Of a stretch of 64,000 nt of DNA, positions 55,092 through 64,000 are shown one piece after another. Source of the stretch: an uncultured bacterium. Lineage in GTDB: Bacteria; Eisenbacteria; RBG-16-71-46; JABDJR01; JAWXBZ01. Made by a program: the position numbers and the translations under genes. Within the stretch, counting starts at the first letter, position 1. Each line of letters opens with the position of its first letter. A model generated the notes under the pieces. That model saw nothing but the letters and a program-made list of their open reading frames with translations. It was not told where the DNA came from and did not search any database. The DNA lies in NCBI GenBank assembly GCA_964596775.1, contig CAZQVN010000012.1:19023-83022 (forward strand). Reading direction: 5' to 3'.

Positions 55092-56060
55092 TCAGCGCTC
55101 CGGCGCCTCCGCCACATGGCACGCCGCGGCGTGACCGGTACCGAACGTGCGCAGCTCCGGCCGCGACTCGCGGCAGCGCTCCTCGACCAGCGGGCAGCGC
55201 GGGTGAAAACGGCAGCCGGCCGGCGGGTTCACGAGCGACGGGGGTGAGCCGGGAATGCTCACCGGCACCACGTCTCCCTTGACCGAAGGAAACGCCTGGA
55301 GCAGTCCCTTCGTGTACGGGTGGTGCGGCTCCTTCCGGAGCGCCGCCACCGGCCCGACCTCCACGAGGCGGGCGGCGTAGAACACGGCCACCCGGTCCGA
55401 CACCGACAGCATCCGGGCCAGGTCGTGGGTGATGAACATCACCGCGAAGCCGACCTCCTTCTGCAGGGCGCGGATCCGGTTGAGGATGTCCCGCTCGACG
55501 ACGACGTCGAGCGCGGTGGTCGGCTCGTCGAGGATCACCAGCGACGGCCTGAGCGCCAGCGCCAGCGCGATCCCCACCCGCTGCCGCATCCCCCCCGACA
55601 GCTGGTGGGCGTACGCGTCCAGCCGGTCCACGGGGATGTCGACCATGTCCAGCAGTTCGCGGGCCCGGGCGCGGGCGGCGCCGCCGGACGACACTCCGTG
55701 CGCCTCCAGCGTGTCCACGATCTGTTCGCCGACGGTGATGACCGGGTTCAGCGCATCCATGGCGCTCTGGAAGACCATCGAGATCCGGTTCCAGCGGATG
55801 GCCCGGAGTCCCGCTTCATCGAGGTCGAGAATGTTCTTCCCCTCGAACCGCACCGTGCCGCCGGAGATCACCGCGGGCGGCGGAAGGATGCGCATCACCG
55901 CCTGGGCCAGCGTGGACTTTCCGCTCCCCGACTCCCCGGCCACGCCGAGGATCTCGCCGGGCAGGAGATCCAGCGACAGGTCGTCGATGGCGCGCACCGG
56001 CCCCCGGTCGGTGATGTAGTCCACGTTCAGCCCGCGGATCGACAGGAGCGGCTCAGCCAC
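55092..56060 (-). CDS. ABC transporter ATP-binding protein (OppD/DppD-like, with C-terminal oligopeptide-ABC extension)
   Basis: Walker A GESGSGKST, signature LSGGMRQR, Walker B LVILDEPTTALD, ITHDL. C-terminal CxxHPRC Cys motif typical of the OppD family. Confidence 0.85.
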   Translation of the reverse strand: MAEPLLSIRGLNVDYITDRGPVRAIDDLSLDLLPGEILGVAGESGSGKSTLAQAVMRILPPPAVISGGTVRFEGKNILDLDEAGLRAIRWNRISMVFQSAMDALNPVITVGEQIVDTLEAHGVSSGGAARARARELLDMVDIPVDRLDAYAHQLSGGMRQRVGIALALALRPSLVILDEPTTALDVVVERDILNRIRALQKEVGFAVMFITHDLARMLSVSDRVAVFYAARLVEVGPVAALRKEPHHPYTKGLLQAFPSVKGDVVPVSIPGSPPSLVNPPAGCRFHPRCPLVEERCRESRPELRTFGTGHAAACHVAEAPER

Positions 56061-56988
56061 GATCCACCACCACCGGCGTCGAGCGCGACGGCTCCTGCCC
56101 GCGCTTCCTGAGCCACGCTCCCCACGCCCGCTCCAGCTGCAGGCGCGGGTTCGTGATCTCGTCGAAACCCGAGTTCAGCATCGTCAGCGCGAACCCGACG
56201 AGCGCCACGCAGAACCCGGTCGGCGCGAACGTCCACCACGCGCCGGTCAGCAGCGCGGAATCGTTCTGCGCCCAGTAGAGATTCGTGCCCCAGGTCACCG
56301 AGGACACGTCGCCGAGGCCGAGATACTCGAGGCCGACCTGGGCGCCGATGGCGTACACGGTGCTGCCGATCACCTGGGCGACGATGAGGCTCGTCATCGT
56401 GGGGAGGATCTCGCGGGTGATGATGCGGAAGTTCGACTCCCCGGTGACGATCGCCGCGGCGACGAAATCGCGGCGCCGCTGGGCCAGCGTCTGGGCCCGC
56501 ATCACGCGGGCGTTCCAGGCCCAGCCGGTGACCACGAGAACGAGGCCGAGCGTCAGCGGCCCGGACGGCAGGTAGGCCGCGATCACGATGGCCAGGGGAA
56601 GGCCGGGAATGACCAGGAACACGTTGAACAGCAGCGACAGGAGCCCGTCGACCCGCCCGCCGAAGTATCCGGCGGCGACGCCGATGAGCGCCCCGATCAG
56701 GACCACGATCAGGCCGACGCTGAAGCCGAGCAGGAGCGACGTCCGGGTGCCGGCCACGAGCTGGGCCAGCACGTCCTGCCCCTGCCCGGTCGTGCCGAGC
56801 CAGTGCTCCGCGGACGGGGGCGACAGCGGAATGCCGACCAGCGCGCCGGGGTCGCCGACGAACAGCGGGCCGAACGCGGCGATCAGGACGAACACGAGGA
56901 GGATCGCGGCGCCGATCGACGCCTTCCGGTCGCGGCGGATCGCCTGCAGCCACGACCCGATGCCGGTGGCCTTCGCGGAGCCGGTCAT
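56053..56988 (-). CDS. ABC transporter permease (OppC/DppC-like)
   Basis: ATG 56988 overlaps the upstream stop as ATGA. About 6 TM segments. The ABC permease EAA-like region ...AAIVTGESNFRIITREILP... is present. The upstream part of the track ORF is R/G-rich and was trimmed. Confidence 0.8.
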   Translation of the reverse strand: MTGSAKATGIGSWLQAIRRDRKASIGAAILLVFVLIAAFGPLFVGDPGALVGIPLSPPSAEHWLGTTGQGQDVLAQLVAGTRTSLLLGFSVGLIVVLIGALIGVAAGYFGGRVDGLLSLLFNVFLVIPGLPLAIVIAAYLPSGPLTLGLVLVVTGWAWNARVMRAQTLAQRRRDFVAAAIVTGESNFRIITREILPTMTSLIVAQVIGSTVYAIGAQVGLEYLGLGDVSSVTWGTNLYWAQNDSALLTGAWWTFAPTGFCVALVGFALTMLNSGFDEITNPRLQLERAWGAWLRKRGQEPSRSTPVVVDRG

Positions 56989-57968
56989 TCGCCGGAATCC
57001 CGGGTGCGGGGATCGAGCCAGATGTAGACCATGTCGACGAGCCAGTTCGCGCCGAGCACCGCGAGCGTGATCACGAGGAAGATCCCCTGCATCAGCGGAT
57101 AGTCCTGGTTCCGCACCGCCTGGACCAGCAGGTAGCCCTGGCCGGGATAGGAAAAGACGATCTCGGTGAGCAGCGACCCGCCGAGCACGTAGCCGAGCGC
57201 CATGCCGAAGCCGGTGACGGAGGGAAGCAGCGCGTTCCGGGCCGCGTAGCGCAGGACGACCCGCGACGGGGACAGCCCCTTGGCCCGGGCCAGGTTCACG
57301 TAGTCGGCGGAGAGAACGGTGATCATCGTGTTGCGCATCGACAGGAGCCAGCCGCCCAGGGTGACGAGGACGACGGTGCCCACCGGGAGCGCGGCGTGGC
57401 GGACCACGTCGGCGAGGAACACCGCCGAGAACCCGGGCGTCAGGTCGTCGCCGTAGGCGTGGCCGAGCGGAAACCACCCGAGCGTGAAACCGAACACGTA
57501 GAGCGCCACCATCGCCAGCCAGAAGTAGGGAAACGCGCCGACGAACACGAGGACCGGGGGCAGCACCGTGTCCAGCCAGCCGCGCCGCCACCAGGCGGCG
57601 GCCACGCCGAGCAGCGTGCCGATCACGAAACTCAGCACGACCGCGGTGCCGGCCAGGAAGATCGTCCAGACGAGGCCCGACCCGATCACGTCGACCACCG
57701 GCGTCGGAAAGTAGGCCACCGAGATGCCGAGATCCCCCCTCAGCACATGGGCGAGATACTGGAAGTACTGTTTCCAGAGCGGAGCCTCGGTCAGGCCGAA
57801 TGTCTGCCGGAGGGCGTCCAGCGCCTCGGGCCCGAGGCGCCCCTTGAACCGCGCGAACAGCGCCGTGGCGGGGTCACCGGGCATGAGCCGCGGCAGGAAG
57901 AAGTTCAGGGTCAGCGCCGCCCAGGCGGCCACCAGGTAGAACCCGAGACGGCGGAGCAGAAACCTCAC
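56985..57968 (-). CDS. ABC transporter permease (OppB/DppB-like)
   Basis: GTG 57968 overlaps the SBP gene stop (GTGA). MRFLLRRLGFYLVAAWAALTLNFFLPRLMPGDP is the typical OppB N-terminus. Six TM segments. Confidence 0.8.
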   Translation of the reverse strand: MRFLLRRLGFYLVAAWAALTLNFFLPRLMPGDPATALFARFKGRLGPEALDALRQTFGLTEAPLWKQYFQYLAHVLRGDLGISVAYFPTPVVDVIGSGLVWTIFLAGTAVVLSFVIGTLLGVAAAWWRRGWLDTVLPPVLVFVGAFPYFWLAMVALYVFGFTLGWFPLGHAYGDDLTPGFSAVFLADVVRHAALPVGTVVLVTLGGWLLSMRNTMITVLSADYVNLARAKGLSPSRVVLRYAARNALLPSVTGFGMALGYVLGGSLLTEIVFSYPGQGYLLVQAVRNQDYPLMQGIFLVITLAVLGANWLVDMVYIWLDPRTRDSGE

Positions 57969-59646
57969 GGCGCCTCCGTCTTCGGCACGAGCGACGTGAG
58001 CACGAGCAGGCATTCCCCGCGGTCGAACTTGTTCGGGGACGGATCGGCGTACGGATTGTCGCGCGAGGGAAAGCCGTCGAACCGGCGCGTGTTGTACTCG
58101 GCCCACGACGGGTTCGGGTACAGCGGAATGGCCGGCACTTCGGCGGCGAAGACCGCCTGCAGGTTGTCGACGAGACGCCGCTGCTCCGCGGGGTCCGGCT
58201 CGCGCTCGAACGCCAGCAGCGCGGCATCCGCGGTCGGACTGCCGTAGCGGTGCCAGTTCGCGCCGGACACCTCGCCCGGCGGCTTGACCGTGGCGGTGGA
58301 CATCAGCGTGCGGTAGAAGATGTACGGCGTGGGGCCCTCGAAGGACCAGCCGAGCGTCAGGTCGAAGTTCCCCTCCTGGACGCGCTGGAACCAGGCGCCG
58401 AAGTCGTAGGTGCGGACGGTCGCGTCCACGCCCGCCTCCGCGAGGCCGCGGGCGATCACCTGCGCCGCGCGGACCCAGTCGGACCAGCCGGAGACGGTGA
58501 GGATTTCATACCGCCACGGCGTTCCGTCGGGCAGCGTGCGGAAACCGTCCGCCCCCCTCCGGTATCCCGCCGCGTCGAGGATCGCGTTGGCGCGCTCCAG
58601 ATCGTGACGCACCCAGTCCGCCGTATCCGCCACCGTCTCGTTCCGCCACGCGGAGTACGCGTCGGAGAGGGCCGTGGCATCGGCCGGCCGCGAGTAGCGG
58701 TAGCAGGCCACGTCGACGAGAAGGTCGCGGTCGATGGCCATGCTGAGCGCCTTGCGCACCTGGATGTCGTCGAACGGCGCCCGCGTCGTGTTCGCGTACA
58801 GGAAGACGGTGCTCCCGGTCAGCGGGAACCAGTAGTGGTGATCCTCGGGGTTGCGGTCGCGGTACACGCGCTCCACCGCGGGAATGAAGTTCCCGGCCCA
58901 GTCCACCTCGTCGAAGACGAGGGCGAGATTCGCCCGGTCGTTCGACGGGTAGGCCGGAAAGCGCAGCGCGTCGAAGCGCGGCACCCCGGGCTGCCAGTAG
59001 TGCGGATTGCGACCGAGCTCGAAGAACTGGTTCTTGAACACCCGGACTTCCGTGAACGGCCCGGTGGCCACCGGATTCTCGTTGGGGAAGGCCACCGGGT
59101 CCTCGATGAGGCTCCAGACGTGCTCCGGCACGATCTGCGAAGCAGCGACCTCGTCGAACCCGGGGATGTAGACCCGCTGGAACCGGAACTCCACGGTCGT
59201 GTCGTCGGGCGCCGAGACGCTCTCGAGAAAGCTCCACACGGCGCGGCGGTCCAGCGCCGGGTGCCGGCGCATCAGGTCGAACGTGAACGCCACGTCGGCG
59301 GCGCCGAACGCCTCCCCGTCCGACCAGCGAACGCCGCGGCGCGTCGTCAGGCGGAGCACCCGGTTGTCCTCCCGCCAGAGGTGCCCGGTGGCCAGCCAGG
59401 GCACCTGTTCCGAGGTGACGCTGTTGAAGACGAACAGCGGCTCGTACACGCCGGCCATGGTCGGCCAGCGCGCCGCCGAAGCGGTGGACAGCGGATTGAA
59501 GTTGCGGACCCAGGAGGCGTGCTGTTCCTGCGAGACGACCAGGACGCCCAGCGGAGGTTCCGGGGGCTTGCGCACGCAGGCCGGCCCGGCGAAGCCGAGC
59601 GCGATAAGGACGGCGAGAATCCGGCTCATTCCGCGGGCGGCCCGGT

Positions 59647-59650
<4 letters not shown>
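57965..59650 (-). CDS. ABC transporter substrate-binding lipoprotein, family 5 (Opp/Dpp-like; probable oligosaccharide binder by context)
   Basis: ATG 59650 overlaps the GH16 stop (ATGA). Lipobox LIALGFAGPAC. Family-5 SBP length (561 aa) and conserved ...YEPLF..., ...GTPWRYEIL... blocks. Confidence 0.8.
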
Positions 59651-60491
<841 letters not shown>

Positions 60492-60495
<4 letters not shown>

Positions 60496-61742
60496 CGAGC
60501 TCTCGCGCCCGCCGCGGCCGGAAACAGCGACGGGTCCGACAGCGCCGCCTCGAGCACGAGTGTGGCCGCGCCCACCGCGGAAGCCTGCGGGCCGAGCCGG
60601 CTGATGAGTATTTCCGCGGCGGCCACGGAACTGACCAGGGAGCGATGCTTCACGGTTTCCCGCAGGGGATCGAGCAGCGTATCGCCGAGTCGGGCCAGGC
60701 CGCCTCCGAGAATGACCCGGGCCGGATTCATGAGATTCAGGAGGCCGGCCACGGCGATACCGAGATGCTCCGCGGCCTCGCCGGTGAGCTTGAGGGCGAG
60801 CGGGTCGCCGGCCAGGGCGGCATCCTCGATCCCCGAGATCGTGACGGGTCGTCCGGCGAGGCGGCTTTCCGGAAACTCCGCCAGGAGCCGGCGGGCCCGC
60901 TCCTCCAGCGCCGGTGCGCCGACGAACGTGGCCAGGCATCCGCGGAGCCCGCAGAGACAGGGCCGCCCGCCCGGATCGATGGCCATGTGACCGATCTCGC
61001 CGGCCACTCCCGCGGAACCGCGGTAGACGTCGCCGCGGATGACGTGACCCGACCCGATTCCGGTGGCCAGCTTGATGTAGGCGAAGTCCTCGACGCCCTG
61101 CCCCGCGCCCCACCAGCGCTCGGCGAGGGCGCCGAGATTGGCGTCGTTGTCCACGAAGTGCGGAACGCCGTACCTTTGCGACAGGAGGCCGAGCCCGCTC
61201 TTCCCCTTCCACTCCGGCATCACGATTTCCGAAAGGTCGTCGGGGTGCAGCGGATCCACCGGGCTCGGCACCGCGACTCCGATTCCCACGAGGTTCTTCC
61301 GGGCCACCCGCGCCGAAGCAAGGACCGCGTCGCAGAGGTCGACGATCAGCCTGCGGGTTCCGTCCGGGTCGGAGCGGACGGGATGAGCGCGGAGTTCCCA
61401 GGCCACGACCTTGCCGCGAAGATTCGTGAGGGCCACGCCGACATGGGCCGCCCCCATCTCCACGCCGACGAGGAAACAGGCATCGTCCTGGAATTCGAGA
61501 ACGATCGGCCGCCGCCCCCCGCGCGACTCCCCCGCCCCGACTTCCGCCACGAGCCCGGTGGGAAGGAGGGCATCGATCACTCCGGAAACCGTGGAGCGGG
61601 ACAGGCCGGCGGCGCGGGCGATGTCGGCCCGGGAAATCCGCTGTTCCCCCCATATGAGCCGAAGGACCGGATGGATGAGCGGCGCCGGCCGGGAAAAGTC
61701 CTCGTGCCGGTCGTTGCCCCGGATGACCGAGGCCCCCTTCAT
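60492..61742 (-). CDS. ROK family transcriptional regulator (NagC/XylR-type: N-terminal HTH + sugar-kinase-like domain)
   Basis: HTH ISRADIARAAGLSRSTVSGVIDALLPTGLV. ROK glycine-rich region VGVEMGAAHVGVAL. Zn-binding motif HMAIDPGGRPCLCGLRGCLATF. The start is set at the internal ATG (MKGASVIRGND), about 61742 in the track frame. My manual count placed this ATG 1 nt higher (61743), so the start coordinate is +/-1. The 106-codon R-rich upstream extension was discarded. Confidence 0.75.
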
Positions 61743-61798
61743 GAGAGCGGTTCCCCGCGGTGATTCTTCCGGTTCATGCCGCGGACATCCTTTCGTCG

Positions 61799-63160
61799 TT
61801 ACCGGTGGAAGTAGATGTTGTCGACGAAGATCGTCTTTCCGTCGCCGGCGATGATAATCTGCGCCATGTGCCCCCGTGAAATCAGCCCGGTGAACGCCGT
61901 CAGCGGGATGTCCAGGGAAGCCCAGCGGCCCGAAGCATACGGCGGCGTGGACGCGGCATCCAGCGTCAGCTCGTGCTCGTGGTCGGGAGCCCCTCCGAAC
62001 GTGCCGTCCTCGCCGAAGTCGACGAGCTTGACCTTGAACACCGAACCCTCGGTGCCCCACACGTCGATGTGGAAATGGGTCATGGCCGACGCGTCGATCG
62101 TCGCGTTCCCGAACTCGATCCCGGCAAAGACGAGGTTCGTGTAGGCCTTCGTGTCGTTGCCGGCGATCTTCAGGTCGGCCACGTCGGCCTGGTCCCAGGT
62201 GGCCGACCAGGTGTCCACGGGCACGGCGGCATAGCTGTTGCTGTACAAGGCAATGACGTTACCCGCGGGGAGCGTGGGCGCCGGCGCCGCCGTCGGGGGC
62301 ACGGCGCTCGTGTTGAGCGTGACCGTGCCCGACACCGGCACGGCGCCGAGCAGCGCGGTGATCATGGCCGTTCCTCCGCCGACGACCTGGATCGACCCGT
62401 TCCGGACGACGGCCACGTCCTCGTTCGACGACAGGAACGTGAAGTATCCCGGCTGGTGCCCGATCGTCCGGTCGGTTCCGGCAACGCTGAACACCGTGCG
62501 CGTCCCCTCCACGGTTACGGTGGCCCCGACGAACCCTCCGGCCGTGCGGGTGGTCATGGACGGCCGCGGGTTGGAAATTATGGTTACGGTTTCGAACTGG
62601 ATCTCGTCGAACCAGATGTCGTACGACGCGGCGCCCTCCGGACCCTCGGCAAAGAAGAACAGGCCGCGCTCCGCGGACAGCCTCTCCGGCAGCGGGATGG
62701 GGATCACGTACTTTCGCCAGGTCGTGGTGAGCGCGATCGCGCTCTGGCTGGCCTCGTACTTCGATGTTCCGGTGTTGTCGTTTCCGAGCCCCGCGACATC
62801 GAGGACGGCCGCCTTGCCGGCCTTGGCCCAGAAGGTGAGCGCGTTGTAGGAGGACAGGTCGCGCGCCGGCCGGGTCGTGAACGCCCCCCCGGCATAGCCG
62901 CCGGTGGTGCTCCCCGGGGCGGGAACCGTCACCTTGAGCGATGCGGATCCCTGGTAGCGCTCGTTCGTGTCGATGGACACGGCATCCAGCCGTGACCCCT
63001 GGAACGCCTGGAAATCGAGCCCCCCTTCGAACGCGTCGAGAAAGACGACGGGATTCGAGTCGAGCGGCACGGGCTGGAGGCCGGAAATGTCCCGTTCGCA
63101 GCCGGCGACGCAGAGAATCGCCGCAACGGCGGCCGTTCCTGTCATGTGTCTACGATTCAT
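61799..63160 (-). CDS. Surface lipoprotein with two CBM-like beta-sandwich modules (candidate glycan-binding protein)
   Basis: ATG 63160 (GGAGG 4 nt upstream). MNRRHMTGTAAVAAILCVAGC lipobox. Two modules: ...ALTFWAKAGKAAVLDV...YDIWFDEIQFE and ...THFHIDVWGTEGSVFKVKLVDFG...IFVDNIYFH. The track's upstream 155 codons were discarded. Confidence 0.55.
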   Translation of the reverse strand: MNRRHMTGTAAVAAILCVAGCERDISGLQPVPLDSNPVVFLDAFEGGLDFQAFQGSRLDAVSIDTNERYQGSASLKVTVPAPGSTTGGYAGGAFTTRPARDLSSYNALTFWAKAGKAAVLDVAGLGNDNTGTSKYEASQSAIALTTTWRKYVIPIPLPERLSAERGLFFFAEGPEGAASYDIWFDEIQFETVTIISNPRPSMTTRTAGGFVGATVTVEGTRTVFSVAGTDRTIGHQPGYFTFLSSNEDVAVVRNGSIQVVGGGTAMITALLGAVPVSGTVTLNTSAVPPTAAPAPTLPAGNVIALYSNSYAAVPVDTWSATWDQADVADLKIAGNDTKAYTNLVFAGIEFGNATIDASAMTHFHIDVWGTEGSVFKVKLVDFGEDGTFGGAPDHEHELTLDAASTPPYASGRWASLDIPLTAFTGLISRGHMAQIIIAGDGKTIFVDNIYFHR

Positions 63161-63285
63161 CCCGCCTCCGGTGTTGAAGCGACGGCCCCCCGAAGGAGCC
63201 GGGCCTTTCGAAACCGCCCGTGCCCCCCTCGTCGCATCACCCATTCGCGACCCTTTGGCCGGGCACGCCGGACGGCTCCCGCCAT

Positions 63286-63308
63286 CTTTGTTCGATACAC
63301 GAACAAAG
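63286..63308. promoter_or_regulatory. Palindromic operator CTTTGTTCG-ataca-CGAACAAAG (copy 2 of 2)
   Basis: Perfect 9-bp inverted repeat with a 5-nt spacer, about 126 nt upstream of the 63160 start. It shares the TTGTTCG-N5-CGAACAA core with the site at 49577..49597. Confidence 0.55.
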
Positions 63309-63360
63309 TTAGGGGAACCGGGGAGATCTGTCAAGCGGACAGGATTGCGCCGATCGCGGG

Positions 63361-64000
63361 CTATTCCGTCATCCCCGCGCAGTAGCAGGACGCGTGGATC
63401 ACGATGTCCGACCGCTCCCAGGCCTTTTCGAACTGCGCACGGGTGTCGTCCGCCACCTTCGTGAGGCCCCGGCCGCGCTGGCAGCGTTCCAGGCCGAGCA
63501 GGGCCCAGCCGTTGGCCGGGTGCAGGACAAGATCGCGGCGGTACACCGACTCCGCCTCCTCGAAGTGCCCCTGTTCGACGAGGAGCGCGCCGAGCGCATG
63601 GCGGACCGGCTGCATCCACCCCCACGGCTCGTCGTAGCGGAGCGCATCATCCCGCCGGACCGCTTCCCGGAGGATCTCGAAGGCGTGATCCCGGTTGCCG
63701 CGGCGGTACTCCAGCTCCCCTTCGGCCATCAGCAGCCCGATCTTCATCACGTCGTTGAGGGGGTTGTTCCCCCAGAGGCGGGACTCCGGCACCTCGGCCG
63801 CGGCCTTCTGGAACGCGCCCCAGGATTCGGCGGCTTCGTCGAGGCGACCGAGCGACGAGAGCGCCACGGTCCGCCCGTAGTGCCAGAACGCCACGGAGCC
63901 GAACAGGTCGGCGGGAGGCTGCGGCTCCTTCAGCAGTTCCTCCCACATGCCGAACCGCACGAGGACGTGGATCGGCACGGACAGGAACGCGTCAAGGAAG
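63361..64000 (-). CDS. TPR-like hypothetical protein (5' end beyond window)
   Basis: Coding-like ORF reaching the window edge. TPR-like helices (...AFEILREAVRRDDALRYDEPWGW...GHFEEAESVYRRDLVLHP...). The track start GTG 63978 is probably not the true start. Confidence 0.35.
   Translation of the reverse strand, partial: FLDAFLSVPIHVLVRFGMWEELLKEPQPPADLFGSVAFWHYGRTVALSSLGRLDEAAESWGAFQKAAAEVPESRLWGNNPLNDVMKIGLLMAEGELEYRRGNRDHAFEILREAVRRDDALRYDEPWGWMQPVRHALGALLVEQGHFEEAESVYRRDLVLHPANGWALLGLERCQRGRGLTKVADDTRAQFEKAWERSDIVIHASCYCAGMTE

Noticed and set aside
51793-55122. 1109-aa minus-strand ORF
   Set aside because: Antisense of the GH-A/beta-rich fusion gene. R/G/P-rich.
56027-57591. Track ORFs 56027..56953 and upstream part of 56053..57591
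   Set aside because: R/G/P-rich frames. The real permease gene is 56053..56988 (ATGA-coupled to the upstream permease).

Overview
GC-rich (about two-thirds G+C, strong third-position G/C bias) bacterial chromosomal segment. Coding runs mostly on the minus strand. Almost every long plus-strand ORF in the six-frame track is an R/G/P-rich antisense shadow of a real minus-strand gene. Four proteins end in the same ~75-residue T9SS-type / FlgD-Ig-like domain (...RIVVHR/K), which points to an FCB-superphylum organism (Gemmatimonadota/Eisenbacteria-like); the phylum is inference only. Content from 5' to 3' follows. (1) Partial hup. (2) Two tandem paralogous ~1400-aa gingipain-like C25 cysteine peptidases with T9SS C-terminal domains. 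(3) UbiA prenyltransferase plus a coupled membrane protein. (4) A SurA/parvulin-type lipoprotein PPIase. (5) Three consecutive membrane-anchored TPR fusion proteins: a fused spermidine-synthase-like protein and GT-C/TMTC-like proteins. (6) Two tandem alkaline-phosphatase-family (NPP-type) lipoproteins. (7) Three small secreted Cys-rich proteins, two of them paralogs, next to tRNA-Val(TAC) and a G9 homopolymer. (8) A tightly packed housekeeping array: small membrane protein-mltG-ruvX-RsbW-like kinase-STAS antagonist-rluD-lspA-dksA/ylyA-ileS-PNP-DUF167-divIVA-yggS-Ser/Thr kinase(TPR)-ALDH7. Its order divIVA-ileS-ylyA-lspA-rluD matches Firmicute synteny. (9) A ~23-kb beta-glucan (laminarin-type) utilisation locus. 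It contains T9SS-cargo CBM4_9 proteins with a GH16-like module, a ~1170-aa cytoplasmic GH94/GH149/GH161-like phosphorylase candidate, and two secreted hypotheticals. It also contains an Opp-family ABC importer (SBP, two permeases, OppD-like ATPase) with its second ATPase split off beside a GH1 beta-glucosidase. Further members are a GH-A TIM-barrel hydrolase fused to a ~700-aa beta-rich C-terminal domain, a lipoprotein GH16 laminarinase, a ROK regulator and a CBM-like surface lipoprotein. A shared palindromic operator (TTGTTCG-N5-CGAACAA) sits at two promoters of this locus. No CRISPR, IS elements or rRNA were seen.
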